A stretch of 64,000 nt of DNA from Acidobacteriota bacterium (GCA_965219005.1 CBDCMS010000004.1:1146449-1210448); one strand, 5' to 3'. Shown: positions 41,601 through 50,450, counted from the stretch's first letter. The notes: a model not told the origin generated them from the letters alone. A program made the numbers and translations.

Positions 41601-44600
41601 CAGAGACAGATGGATCGACGTCGATCAGCGAGACGGGAACGACGGATACCTTCAGTGTAGCCCTCGCAGCTGAGCCAGTCTCCAACGTGGTGGTCCTGGT
41701 CGTCAGTGCCGATACAGGTGAGGCCACGGTGGATCAGGCGGCGCTGACGTTCACGCCGGCGAACTGGAATGCTCCACAGATGCTGACAGTGACGGGCGTC
41801 GATGATGATCTTGTCGACGGCGACCAGAGTACGCTCTTCACGCTGTCGATCGACGACACCAACTCGGATGACGCCTTCGATCCGGTAGCGGACCAGTCGG
41901 TGACGGTCACCACGACCGATGATGACGCGGCTGGCTTTGCGGTCGTAGAGACGTCGGGCTCGACCTCAGTGAACGAGTCGGGCACCACGGACACCTTCAG
42001 TGTAGCCCTGGCCGCAGAGCCGACTTCCAACGTAGTGATCCTCCTCAGCAGCGCCGATACGGGCGAAGCCACGGTGGGTCAGGCGACGCTGACCTTCACG
42101 CCGGCAAGCTGGAACGTCGCCCAGATCGTCACCGTCACCGGCGTAGACGACCAAATCGTCGATGGAGATCAGAATAGCAGCATCTCCCTCAGCATTGACG
42201 ATGCAAGCTCCGCCGACAGTTTTGACTCACTGCCTGATCAGACGGTCTCGGTCTCGACGGTCGATGACGACAACGCCGGCTTTAGCGTAGTCGAGTCAGG
42301 GGGCTCAAGCGAAGTGGACGAGTCCGGAAAGAAGGACAGCTTCACGGTCCAGCTCACCAGACAGCCGCTTTCGGATGTAGTGATCTCAGTGACCAGCGGA
42401 GATACCAGCGAAGTCACCGCCAGCCCCGCCAGCCTGACCTTCGGCCTCGGCAACTGGCAGGTCCCCCAACAAGTCCAGCTGACCGGAGTAAACGACCAGG
42501 TTGCCGACCAGGACAAGACGGTCCAGATTGCGCTGAGTGTTCTCGACGCCAGCTCCGACGACGCCTGGGATGATCTTTCCGACCAAACGGTCTCGGTGAA
42601 GAATGTGAACGACGATCCAGCCGGCTTCATCGTTACCCAGAGCAACGGATCCACCCGCGTGGACGAGTCCAAGACTACCGATAAGGTGACGGTGGCTCTC
42701 AAGAATGAGCCGAGCTCGAACGTGGTGGTGGTGGTAAGCACTTCTGATCCGGGAGAAGCGGAAATCAATCCGGGCTTCCTGACCTTCACTCCTGCCACCT
42801 GGGACATCCCTCAGGAGATCGTCGTAACTGGCGTTGACGACGATCTCCTGGATGGAAGTCAGAGCTCGGTTGTGACCCTGAAGATCGATGATGCCAACTC
42901 GGACGATGCCTTCGATTCCCTGCCTGACCAAAGCATCAACGTTACGGTTACCGACGACGACGAAGCCGGTTTTATTGTCACCGAGAACGGGGGCTCCACC
43001 GAGGTGGAGGAGTCCGGGAGCACCGATACGTTTACCGTGGTTCTGCGGGTTGAGCCTGGGTCTGACGTGGTGGTGGCAATCGAGAGCGAAGACGTCACGG
43101 AAGTCCGAGTCAGTCCAACTTCCCTGACATTCACGCCCGCCAACTGGAACGTGACGCAGCGGGTCAACCTTGTCGGCGTCGATGACACTCTGGCTGACGG
43201 AGACAAAGACACCTCGATCTACGTGAAGGTGGACGGCTCCAGCTCGGATAATGCATTCGCCGGCGTGCCCGACCAGAGCGTCACCGTGACCACAATCGAC
43301 GACGACCCTGCCGGTTTTCGGGTGGAGGAGTCCGAGGGCTTTACCGAGGCAGCTGAATCCGGCGTAACTGACACCTTCTCAGTCGTGTTGGAGGCGCAGC
43401 CGGAGTCGGATGTCGTCCTGAGCGTCACGAGTGCGGACAGTTCCGAAGTGACCGTAAACAGGGATTCCCTGGTCTTCACGACCGAGAATTGGAACGTCCC
43501 ACAGCAGGTCACGGTGAGCGCTGTTGATGACGACCTGATCGACGGCTCGAAAAGCGTTTGGGTGACGGTCGGCGTGAACATCGACTCCTCGGCCGATCCC
43601 TTCGACGCCTTGCCCGATCAAAGGCTCCAGGTGTCGTCCCGAGACAATGACGCCGCCGGCTTCTCGGTCAGCGAAAGCGAGGGATCGACCCAGACCAAGG
43701 AATCGGAAGACCCTGACAGCTTTACCGTGGTTCTCAACGCCAGGCCCGAGTCGAACGTGGCTATCAAGATCGCACACAGCGATCAGTCGGAACTTGCGGT
43801 GATTCCAAATGTCCTGACCTTTACGCCAGACAACTGGTCTGTCCCCCAACAGGTGAATGTGCAAGCCGTGAACGACGATTGGATCGACGGCGATAAGACC
43901 CATCAGCTGACCCTCAGCGTGGACGAGCTACTCTCGGCCAGCAGCTTCCACGCTGCCGCGGATCAAGTGCTCGAAGTGACCGTCCTCGACAATGATCTGC
44001 CTGGTTTCACGACACGCGAATCGAACGGCTCCACTCAGGTCGATGAATCGGGCAGCACCGATCCCACGGAGACTAGCGTGAGCCCGACAGTCCTGAGCTA
44101 CGGACGCAGCAACTGGACAGAGGCACAGGTGGTGACCGTGACCGGGGTAGACGACGAGGAAGCCGATGGGATCCGGACGAGTAACGTGCTCTTCAGCATT
44201 GATGATGCCAGATCCCATCCTGCCTTCCATCATCTCTCGGACAAAGCCATCCAGGTGGCGACGACTGATGATGATACGGCAGGCTTCACCGTAACCGAGT
44301 CCGGCGACGGCACCCGAGTAGAAGAATCCAATGGGACCGATGTGCTGACCGTCGTCCTGAACCGGGAGCCTGGCGGCCGGGTGTTGCTTCGAGTAAGCAG
44401 CTCTGATCTAACCGAAGTTGTTGTCAATCTGCCTTTCCTCACCTTTACGCCGGCCAACTGGTCTCAGGCGCAGTCCGTTACCGTGATTGGAGTCGACGAC
44501 GATGTGGTAGACGGGGACAAAACGACGCTCCTGAGTATCGCTGTCGATGATGCTCTCTCGGACGATCTTTTTGATCCACTGCCGGCCCAGACGGTCCAGG

Positions 44601-44620
44601 TGACGACCCTGGATGATGAC
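28490..44620 (+). repeat. Tandem array of about 47 copies of a 342-bp (114-aa) repeat inside the giant gene. There are at least 4 subfamily blocks (about 28.5-35.7, 35.7-38.1, 38.1-42.0 and 42.0-44.6 kb)
   Basis: Strict 342-bp periodicity is shown by the period-342 antisense stop-free ORFs and repeated peptide units. Adjacent copies in the first block are more than 95% identical at the nucleotide level. Confidence 0.9.
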
Positions 44621-47600
44621 CAGGCTGGTGTCAGGATCGCCTCTGATGGGTCGGGCGCTGCGGCCGAGGGTGGTGGGGCCTATGCCTATGATGTCATGCT
44701 CACCGCGCGGCCCTCATCCAGTGTCTCGGTGACCCTAGACCCGGACGATCAAACGGACCTGGGCAACGGAGCGGGTGTGCCTTCGATCCTTGTATTCGGG
44801 CCGACTCAATGGGCAACAGCCCAGAGAGTTACCGTGGTAGCCGTCGACGACGATCTGACCGAAGGGGAGCATACTTCGACGATTCGTCATTCATCGCGAA
44901 GCAGTGATGCCGACTTCGATCGTGTCTCCATCCCGGTCGTTGTCGTTACCATTACCGACGACGACGATGACAAGGTCGATGTAGGTGTCGTTACACTGGT
45001 GGACGACAGGAACCCGGAAGAAGGTCAGAAGATCAAGTACTCAATCGCCGTCACCAACCACGGTCCGGCGGATGCTTCCGAGGTCATCGTAAGCGATCAC
45101 TTGCCTGAAGGAGTGACCCTGACCTCGGTCAACCCGTCGCAGGGAAGCTACGATGGGTCCGGCCTTTGGGAGGTCGGTAAGCTGATCAGCGGTAAGACCG
45201 CCAGCTTGATTCTGGAGGCCGTGGTCGAGAGTGAAACAGAGGGTCGAGAGATCCAGAACATTGCGAGCGTGGTATCCGTGCAAGAGGAGGACTCGAACAT
45301 CAGCAACAACTCGGACAGCATTGATATCGTGGTGGGAGGCAACACGGAAATCGATCTTTCCGTCACCCAAGAATGCTCTTCCGCTTCGGTGGCGGCCGGT
45401 GGAACGCTCGTCTTTACGCTGGAGATTCTGAACCAGAGTAGCTCGGTGGCGACCGGAGTGAAGCTTGATGATGCACTGCCCCCGGAGGTAACTCTGGTTT
45501 CGGCTATACCCAGTCAGGGAGCCTGCTCCACCGACGGTAAAACGCTGCAGTGCGAAGTTGGCAAATTGTCCGCCGGCGGCAGAGTTACCATTCAGCTGGT
45601 GGTGAAAGTTCTTGCTGACACCCAGGGGACCATTACCAACACTGCAGCGGTCAAGGGAGGAGAAGAGGATCCAGATCCATCGAACAATGCCTCCTCGGCC
45701 GACGCTGAGGTGGATGAAGACAGTGATTCCGATGGGGTCACCAACCCGGTGGAGGAGGCAGCGCCCCGGGGTGGTGACGCCAACGCCGACGGAGTTGCCG
45801 ACAGCCAACAGCGCCACGTCGTCTCTCTGCGCAATGCGGCCGATGGAACCTACGTGACGCTGGTCTCTCCAGAGGGGACCTTCTTCAGGGATACGATGAG
45901 CCTGGGGCTCGATGACAGCGGAGTGCTGGGAGCTACCTCCACGGCTTTGCCGGCTAATGTCCAACTACCTCTGGGCCTGTTTGACTTCACGCTGCGCGGC
46001 ATCGCTACAGGAAGTGCGGTCGAGATCGAGCTGCTGGTTCACTCAGAGACAGCGACCAACGGCTATTACAAACTGGGACCCACCCCGGAAAGCAGTCGCA
46101 CCCACTGGTACGCCTTCAACTTCGACGGGGACACCGGTGCCGAGGTCGATGGCGACTCAATCGTTCTCCACTTCGTTGATGGTGAACTGGGCGATGATGA
46201 CTTGAGTGCCGACGGGCAGATCCAAGACGCAGGGGGCCCCGTCCTCTTGACCCACTCCGACGTCTCCCTTCTAGCCACAGGATTTGGCCACCCGGCACAG
46301 GTGGGTGAGCGCTTGACCTGCAGCTTTACAGTTGCCAACTTCGGTCCTGCGCCAGCCCAGGGGGTTGTGCTACGGAACTGGCTGGACCAGGGACTGAGCT
46401 TCTCGGGTTCCAGCCTGTCGGAGAGCGCCTGCCGTGGGTCCGGCGACGGCTTCGAGTGCCGGCTGGACAACCTCGCCCCCGGTGACTCGATCAGCCTGGA
46501 GATTGAGCTCGAAGTCACCGAGATCGGAACCTTGACTCACGTGGCCGAGGTGAGTGCCGTCGAGCCGGATCCCAACCCGTCCAACAACCGGATCGAGCTG
46601 GAAGCACAGATTATAGCTCCCTTGATCATTCCCGCATCGGTGGATCTGGGGAATCGATTCTTCGAAAACACCTATGTGGGTGTGGCCCTGATGAATCCGC
46701 AACCCCACGTCAACCCGGTCAGCGTCGAGCTTCGCGACGCTCAGGGAGTCCCACTCCAGAGCGGAGGTTTCGGAAACTCGCTTCCGACCCTGGGACAGAA
46801 CGCCCTGCGAACGGAGCAGATTGTTGATTTGCATCAGGAAGTGGCTGCTCTGATTGCCCAGGGTGAGCAGGGCAATCTCCAAGGCTTCTTCATGTTGGGT
46901 GACTACCCAATGCAAAAGCTCGATGGTCTGGGAGGCCAGCTGGAAAGATCCGCAGAACTGTACTTTTCTTCGGTGGTTCAAGGCAGCGAAGCAGCGACCC
47001 TCTTCTTCCTGTTCAACCCGTCCAGGGAGGAGAGTTCAGGGGCGAGTTTCAGACTATTCGATGCCTCGGGATATCTGCTTGATGAGACTTCGCTGCTGAT
47101 TGCTCCATCGGGTTCGGTTCTGGGCGACTTGGAAGAGATCCTGGGCTGGGAAGTGAGGGTCAGCAATGGCTATGTCGAGATCACGGCCGACCTTCCGCTC
47201 CGGGGTGCCGCCTTCAGGGGTGATTCGGAGACGATTTCCGCTCTTCCGGGAAGAGCAGGCCCGCCGCTCAGGAAGCTGATAGCGCCTCACTTCTTCTTTA
47301 GTGCCGATGGCGATGACACCGAGATCCATTTGTTGAACGTCGACCCTGGCGAAGCCACCGTTACGCTCACGGTTGTGAGTGACAGCGGGGGGCTGCTGGC
47401 CACCCATGAGTTGGTTCTCGATCCTGGACAGCTTCGGGTGGAGAGTGTCCGGAAACTGGTCGAGGCCCTCTCTCCCGTAGCGCCAGAACGAGCAAGCGGC
47501 TACCTTCTGCTGGACGTGACGCCTAACGATGTACGGCAGGTTTTGAAGAAGGGTGCACGTTTGATCGGAAGTGTGAGCTTCAACCTCGGGGGCGGCAGGG

Positions 47601-47968
47601 TTCGATCCAGCTTGCCTTTGGTCGAAACAGGTAGAACCGAGACCCTCTACCTTCAGGTGTCCCAGTCAAGCGAGCTCGAGATGTTCACCGGATTCGCCAT
47701 CCTCAATATCGGTGAAGAAAGTAGCCGGGTAACGGTGCAGGCATTCGACGAAGATGGAGCCAAAACGGTCGAAATAGAATTCGATGTGGATCCGGGCCAG
47801 CGTACGGTTGGGCTGCTCGACGATCACGTTTTCTTCGGTCCAGAGTTCAAGCAGGTCAAGGGTCACGTCAAGGTGCTGAGTACCCATCCGGTCGTGACCT
47901 TCGCTCTCTTCGGAGATGACCACGGGAGATTCCTGTCCGCCATCGAGGGACAAGCGCCGCTTCGCTGA
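35705..47968 (+). CDS. Giant secreted repeat protein, C-terminal segment. It is in frame with 26075..35638 and continues the repeats, then carries DUF11-like conserved-repeat domains, a thrombospondin-type-3-like Asp-rich segment and a ~600-aa C-terminal region
   Basis: The frame is continuous with the upstream segment apart from the single TAG. The repeat units continue immediately (the 66 bp between the TAG and the first Met encode an ordinary repeat segment). The C-terminal part has VTNHGPADASEVIVSDHLPEGVTL (DUF11-like), DEDSDSDGVTNP and ADGVADSQQ motifs. Confidence 0.85.
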   Translation: MDDDASGFTVVESSGSTSVDESGTTDTVTVVLDAEPASNVVITTTSGDTGEATVGVSSLTFTPANWNTAQPVTVTGVDDDLDDGDQSTLITLSIDDANSDDSFDPLADQTVNATTVDDDASGFTIVESGGSTSVNESGTTDTFTAVLTAEPATNVVILVSSADSGEATVNVSSLTFTSANWNTAQTVTVTGVDDDLDDGDQSTLITLSIDDANSDDSFDPLADQTVSATTVDDDASGFTVVESSGSTSVNESGTTDSFTVVLTAEPSSNVVILVSSADTGEATVDLSLLTFTPVNWDTAQAVTVTGVDDDLDDGDQSTLITLSIDDANSDDTFDPLSDQTVNATTVDDDASGFTVVESSGSTSVNESGTTDSFTVVLTAEPSSNVVILVSSADTGEATVGVSSLTFTPANWNTAQPVTVTGVDDDLDDGDQSTLITLSIDDANSDDTFDPLSDQTVSATTVDDDASGFTVVESSGSTSVNESGTTDTFTAVLTAEPATNVVILVSSADTGEATVGVSSLTFTPANWNTAQPVTVTGVDDDLDDGDQSTLITLSIDDANSDDSFDPLSDQTVNATTVDDDASGFTVVESSGSTSVNESGTTDSFTVVLTAEPSSNVVILVSSADTGEATVGVSSLTFTPANWNTAQTVTVTGVDDDLDDGDQNTLITLSIDDINSDDTFDPLADQTVSATTVDDDASGFTVVESSGSTSVNEAGTTDSFTVVLTAEPSSNVVILVSSADTGEATVGVSSLTFTPANWNTAQPVTVTGVDDDLDDGDQSTLITLSIDEANSDDSFDPLSDQTVSVTTVDDDVGGFTVVESSGSTSVDESGTTDTFSVVLAAEPASNVVIMVGSADTGEATVDQATLTFVPGSWNTPQVVTVTGVDDDLVDGDQTTLVTLSIDDANSDDTFDPLADQTVSVTTTDDDAAGFTVVEAAGSTSVSESGTTDTFTVVLTAEPASNVVILVSSADTGEATVDQATLTFAPGTWNTPQVVTVTGVDDDLVDGDQSTLVTLSIDDANSDDTFDPLADQTVSVTTTDDDAAGFTVVEAAGSTSVSESGTTDTFTVVLTAEPASNVVILVSSADTGEATVDQATLTFAPGNWNTPQLVTVTGVDDDLVDGDQSTLVTLSVDDANSDDTFDPLADQTVSVTTTDDDAAGFTVLETAGSTSVSESGTTDTLTVVLTAEPASNVVITVGSADTGEATVDQATLTFAPGTWNTPQVVTVTGVDDDLVDGDQSTLITLNVDDANSDDSFDPLADQTVNATTTDDDAAGFTVAETGGSTSVSESGTTDTFTVVLTAEPASSVVILVSSADTGEVTVDQAALTFAPGNWSTPQVVTVTGVDDDLVDGDQTTLVTLSVDDATSDDTFDPLADQTVSVTTTDDDAAGFTVLETAGSTSVSESGTTDTFTVVLTAEPASNVVITVGSADTGEATVDQAALTFAPGNWSTPQVVAVTGVDDDLVDGDQTTLVTLSVDDATSDDTFDPLADQTVSVTTTDDDAAGFTVLETGGSTSVSETGTTDTFTVVLTAEPASSVVILVSSADTGEATVDQSAVTFTPANWNAPQILTVTGIDDDLVDGDQRTLVTLSVDDANSDDDFDPLADQTVSVTTTDDDAAGFTVGETGGSTSVSETGTTDTFTVVLTAEPASNVVILVSSADTGEATVDQSVLTFTPANWNAPQILTVTGIDDDLVDGDQTTLVTLSVDDANSDDSFDPLADQTVSATTTDDDAAGFTVLETAGSTSVSESGTTDTFTVVLTAEPASNVVITVGSADTGEATVDQATLTFAPGNWNTPQVVTVTGVDDDLVDGDQTTLVTQSIDDANSDDAFDPLADQTVSATTTDDDAAGFTVLETAGSTSVSESGTTDTFTVVLTAEPASNVVILVSSADTGEATVDQSAVTFTAANWNAPQILTVTGIDDDLVDGDQSTLVTLSVDDANSDDTFDPLANQTVNVTITDDDAAGFTVAETDGSTSISETGTTDTFSVALAAEPVSNVVVLVVSADTGEATVDQAALTFTPANWNAPQMLTVTGVDDDLVDGDQSTLFTLSIDDTNSDDAFDPVADQSVTVTTTDDDAAGFAVVETSGSTSVNESGTTDTFSVALAAEPTSNVVILLSSADTGEATVGQATLTFTPASWNVAQIVTVTGVDDQIVDGDQNSSISLSIDDASSADSFDSLPDQTVSVSTVDDDNAGFSVVESGGSSEVDESGKKDSFTVQLTRQPLSDVVISVTSGDTSEVTASPASLTFGLGNWQVPQQVQLTGVNDQVADQDKTVQIALSVLDASSDDAWDDLSDQTVSVKNVNDDPAGFIVTQSNGSTRVDESKTTDKVTVALKNEPSSNVVVVVSTSDPGEAEINPGFLTFTPATWDIPQEIVVTGVDDDLLDGSQSSVVTLKIDDANSDDAFDSLPDQSINVTVTDDDEAGFIVTENGGSTEVEESGSTDTFTVVLRVEPGSDVVVAIESEDVTEVRVSPTSLTFTPANWNVTQRVNLVGVDDTLADGDKDTSIYVKVDGSSSDNAFAGVPDQSVTVTTIDDDPAGFRVEESEGFTEAAESGVTDTFSVVLEAQPESDVVLSVTSADSSEVTVNRDSLVFTTENWNVPQQVTVSAVDDDLIDGSKSVWVTVGVNIDSSADPFDALPDQRLQVSSRDNDAAGFSVSESEGSTQTKESEDPDSFTVVLNARPESNVAIKIAHSDQSELAVIPNVLTFTPDNWSVPQQVNVQAVNDDWIDGDKTHQLTLSVDELLSASSFHAAADQVLEVTVLDNDLPGFTTRESNGSTQVDESGSTDPTETSVSPTVLSYGRSNWTEAQVVTVTGVDDEEADGIRTSNVLFSIDDARSHPAFHHLSDKAIQVATTDDDTAGFTVTESGDGTRVEESNGTDVLTVVLNREPGGRVLLRVSSSDLTEVVVNLPFLTFTPANWSQAQSVTVIGVDDDVVDGDKTTLLSIAVDDALSDDLFDPLPAQTVQVTTLDDDQAGVRIASDGSGAAAEGGGAYAYDVMLTARPSSSVSVTLDPDDQTDLGNGAGVPSILVFGPTQWATAQRVTVVAVDDDLTEGEHTSTIRHSSRSSDADFDRVSIPVVVVTITDDDDDKVDVGVVTLVDDRNPEEGQKIKYSIAVTNHGPADASEVIVSDHLPEGVTLTSVNPSQGSYDGSGLWEVGKLISGKTASLILEAVVESETEGREIQNIASVVSVQEEDSNISNNSDSIDIVVGGNTEIDLSVTQECSSASVAAGGTLVFTLEILNQSSSVATGVKLDDALPPEVTLVSAIPSQGACSTDGKTLQCEVGKLSAGGRVTIQLVVKVLADTQGTITNTAAVKGGEEDPDPSNNASSADAEVDEDSDSDGVTNPVEEAAPRGGDANADGVADSQQRHVVSLRNAADGTYVTLVSPEGTFFRDTMSLGLDDSGVLGATSTALPANVQLPLGLFDFTLRGIATGSAVEIELLVHSETATNGYYKLGPTPESSRTHWYAFNFDGDTGAEVDGDSIVLHFVDGELGDDDLSADGQIQDAGGPVLLTHSDVSLLATGFGHPAQVGERLTCSFTVANFGPAPAQGVVLRNWLDQGLSFSGSSLSESACRGSGDGFECRLDNLAPGDSISLEIELEVTEIGTLTHVAEVSAVEPDPNPSNNRIELEAQIIAPLIIPASVDLGNRFFENTYVGVALMNPQPHVNPVSVELRDAQGVPLQSGGFGNSLPTLGQNALRTEQIVDLHQEVAALIAQGEQGNLQGFFMLGDYPMQKLDGLGGQLERSAELYFSSVVQGSEAATLFFLFNPSREESSGASFRLFDASGYLLDETSLLIAPSGSVLGDLEEILGWEVRVSNGYVEITADLPLRGAAFRGDSETISALPGRAGPPLRKLIAPHFFFSADGDDTEIHLLNVDPGEATVTLTVVSDSGGLLATHELVLDPGQLRVESVRKLVEALSPVAPERASGYLLLDVTPNDVRQVLKKGARLIGSVSFNLGGGRVRSSLPLVETGRTETLYLQVSQSSELEMFTGFAILNIGEESSRVTVQAFDEDGAKTVEIEFDVDPGQRTVGLLDDHVFFGPEFKQVKGHVKVLSTHPVVTFALFGDDHGRFLSAIEGQAPLR

Positions 47969-48003
47969 GGGTTATCGCCTTTCTCCATCCAGCGCAGCAA
48001 ACC

Positions 48004-48293
48004 AAGTTTCATCCTTAGTACACAGGAACGTAAATACGGCAACGTTTGCAGATGGGGCTTGTGAGGCGAGGTCAAGGCAGGAGGAGGAAGACGATGCTTG
48101 GCCATCTTCGACGACGACCAACGCAGAGATCGTCCACAACCCCCATCTGCCCTGCGGGTGGCGACGGGACGGGCCGATGGCTTTGTCGCTCCTCCTGGCA
48201 ATACGCGAGAGTATGGCTTCGTCGTCGCTTCGTGCCCTCGACACCGTCGCGCTCACCACAAACGTCGCCGTATTTACGTTCCAGTGTACTTAG
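48004..48293. mobile_element. MITE-like or inverton-like element, copy 2 (290 bp). It has the same 35-bp TIRs as 16046-16322, with its interior in the opposite orientation
   Basis: TIRs lie at 48004-48038 and 48259-48293. The interior is the reverse complement of the copy-1 interior (a few mismatches, one small indel). It sits 36 bp after the giant gene stop. Confidence 0.8.
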
Positions 48294-48351
48294 CACGGCC
48301 ACCGGCTGCGCCGGATCGTACAGGAAAGAAACTTCTCGCGGTTCCGGAAGG

Positions 48352-48493
48352 TCTTGCTGTTGTCCGGCTCTCTCCTCGGTGCTTCGGCTCATCTTGCAGA
48401 CAAATCAAGTCGTTCGCGGCTCTGTTGCCTGCAGCTGTTTCCGGTACTGTTCACTGATCACTTCATCACTGTTCACTATTCAAGTTTCAGCTT
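48352..48493 (+). repeat. Intergenic repeat family X, full-length copy. It lies in the promoter region of the downstream hydrolase gene
   Basis: About 90% identical to 16480-16622. Confidence 0.75.
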
Positions 48494-48563
48494 AGCCCTG
48501 GCGCCGGATGGTCCTCGGCTTGCGCCTTGCCATCGGAATCGTTCTGTAGGATGATTCCGTCTC

Positions 48564-50435
48564 ATGCTCGTCTCACGCGTCCTCCTGGTCGTCGGCCTGC
48601 TTTGGCTCTTTTCCCAACCTATCGCTCTGGCCCAGGACTATCGCCATCTCGATGAGGAGCACACTCTCAGGGTCTATGCGAATCTGGAAGAGTGGCTGGG
48701 TCGGGCAGAGGAGTTACGTACCCGTATTCTCATCAGTGCTGGCCTCTGGCCGCTGCCGGCACGGACTCCACTCAACGCCAAGTGCTCAGAACCACTGGGC
48801 CGCAAAGGGTATACGGTCCAGAACGTATCGCTGGAAACCCATCCTGGATTCTATCTGGTAGGGAACCTCTACCGACCGCTGGGACAGCCACAGCCCTACC
48901 CTGCAATCCTCTCGCCTCACGGACATTGGAAGAACGGCCGCTTCGAGGATCGTCCACTTTCATCGGTCCCGGGTCGCGCCATCAACTTCGCTCGCCGTGG
49001 GTCGATCGTCTTTTCCTATTCGATGATTGGCTACAACGAGACCAAAGACCTGTTCCCCCACCGATTTGATGAGCCCCGTCAGCAGTTGTGGGGATTCGGT
49101 GCGCTCGGGCTTCAGCTCTGGAACAGTCTGAGAGCCCTGGATTTTCTGGTCTCGCTTCCCGACGTTGATTCGGATCGAATTGGTCTCACCGGCGCTTCGG
49201 GCGGCGGTACCCAGACCTTTCTCCTGGCCGCCGTCGATCAGCGCGTTCGGGTTGCGGCACCTGTGAACATGATCTCCGCCCACTTTCAGGGGGGCTGCAT
49301 TTGCGAGAATGCCCCGCTTCTCAGATTGGATGCCAACAATGTCGAAATCGGGGCCCTCATGGCGCCCCGACCCCTGATGCTGATATCCACGAGCGGTGAT
49401 TGGACCGCCAAGACGCCGACGGTTGAATTTCCGGCTATCCGGGCGATCTACCGTCTTTTCGATGCTGAAGACCGGGTTGCCAACGCACACTTTCACTACG
49501 AACACAACTACAATCAGGACACCAGGGAAGCGGTCTATGGCTGGTTCTCGCGCTGGCTGCAGGGAAAGGAACTGAGGGAAGAAGAGCCCTTCCAGGTGGA
49601 GCCGGAGGCGGATCTGCAGGTCTCTCTGCCAGTCCCGCCTCTTCCGCTGGCGGAGCTGTTTGCGAACTTTGTCCTGAAGGCGAAGGGCCAGGTTGATTTG
49701 CACCGACCCTCCGGTTGGAGCGGGCTGTCTCGCTTTCGCAAGACCTTCGGAACGGCACTCCACCACGCCCTCGCGGCGAGTGTGGATCCTGTCGATCTGA
49801 AGCTGCGGGTCCTTGCTCCTGAGTCGAGAACCCGGGCCACTCGAGCCGTCCTGGTGGTCCATCCTCGGGCTCAGGCCAACGCGGCCGAGGCCCAGGAGCT
49901 TGCCGAGGCCTACAGGGAGCAGGGCTGGCTGGCGTTTCTCCTGAATCCCTACCCAGAGGGAGAGGAGTTTTTGCCCCCGGAGGCCGTGAAGTATTGGACA
50001 ACCTACAACCCCACAGTGGCTTCCCAGCGGATCGCTCTGGTTCGGCTGGGACTTAAGAAGATCCTCCGGCGGGCCGATGTCCTCAGTGTCGATCTTGTGG
50101 GAGTGGGGGAGGCGGGAGCCTGGGCCCTGCTAGGGGAGGCTACAGGGCCAAAGGTGCGCCGTACCATCGTTGATCTCGAGGGATTCTCCACCGAGTCCGA
50201 CGACCTTTTCTTGAAAAAGCTCTTCGTCCCATTGCTGCGGCGTGCCGGTGACTTCAGAACCGCTACTGCGATGCTCGTCCCGACTGGACTGACCCTCTGC
50301 GGCTCGGCAGACGACTCTCTCAAACAGTGGTGTGAAGAAGTATACAAGGCGGTGGGAGCGGCTGACATGCTTCGCTTCGAGGCCGACAGCGCTGTCAAGG
50401 TCGCAGGCGCCTATACTCAGGCCTTGCAGCCGTAA
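48564..50435 (+). CDS. Secreted alpha/beta-hydrolase fold esterase (acetyl-xylan-esterase or dienelactone-hydrolase-like)
   Basis: Signal peptide MLVSRVLLVVGLLWLFSQPIALA and a nucleophile elbow GLTGASGGG (GxSxG). 623 aa. Confidence 0.6.
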   Translation: MLVSRVLLVVGLLWLFSQPIALAQDYRHLDEEHTLRVYANLEEWLGRAEELRTRILISAGLWPLPARTPLNAKCSEPLGRKGYTVQNVSLETHPGFYLVGNLYRPLGQPQPYPAILSPHGHWKNGRFEDRPLSSVPGRAINFARRGSIVFSYSMIGYNETKDLFPHRFDEPRQQLWGFGALGLQLWNSLRALDFLVSLPDVDSDRIGLTGASGGGTQTFLLAAVDQRVRVAAPVNMISAHFQGGCICENAPLLRLDANNVEIGALMAPRPLMLISTSGDWTAKTPTVEFPAIRAIYRLFDAEDRVANAHFHYEHNYNQDTREAVYGWFSRWLQGKELREEEPFQVEPEADLQVSLPVPPLPLAELFANFVLKAKGQVDLHRPSGWSGLSRFRKTFGTALHHALAASVDPVDLKLRVLAPESRTRATRAVLVVHPRAQANAAEAQELAEAYREQGWLAFLLNPYPEGEEFLPPEAVKYWTTYNPTVASQRIALVRLGLKKILRRADVLSVDLVGVGEAGAWALLGEATGPKVRRTIVDLEGFSTESDDLFLKKLFVPLLRRAGDFRTATAMLVPTGLTLCGSADDSLKQWCEEVYKAVGAADMLRFEADSAVKVAGAYTQALQP

Positions 50436-50450
50436 AAGGAAGGTTCTCTG

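Noticed and set aside
28795-44457. Dozens of 75-225-aa ORFs on the minus strand and in alternate plus frames, spaced every 342 bp (for example 29161..29487, 30538..30861, 38741..39322)
   Set aside because: These are shadow ORFs produced by the stop-poor, high-GC tandem repeat array inside the giant plus-strand gene. Their periodicity equals the repeat unit and they have no independent start or RBS context.
28490-44620. Possible CRISPR array, because of the highly regular direct repeats
   Set aside because: The repeat unit is 342 bp with no unique spacers, it is in frame, and it encodes a protein domain. There are no cas genes.
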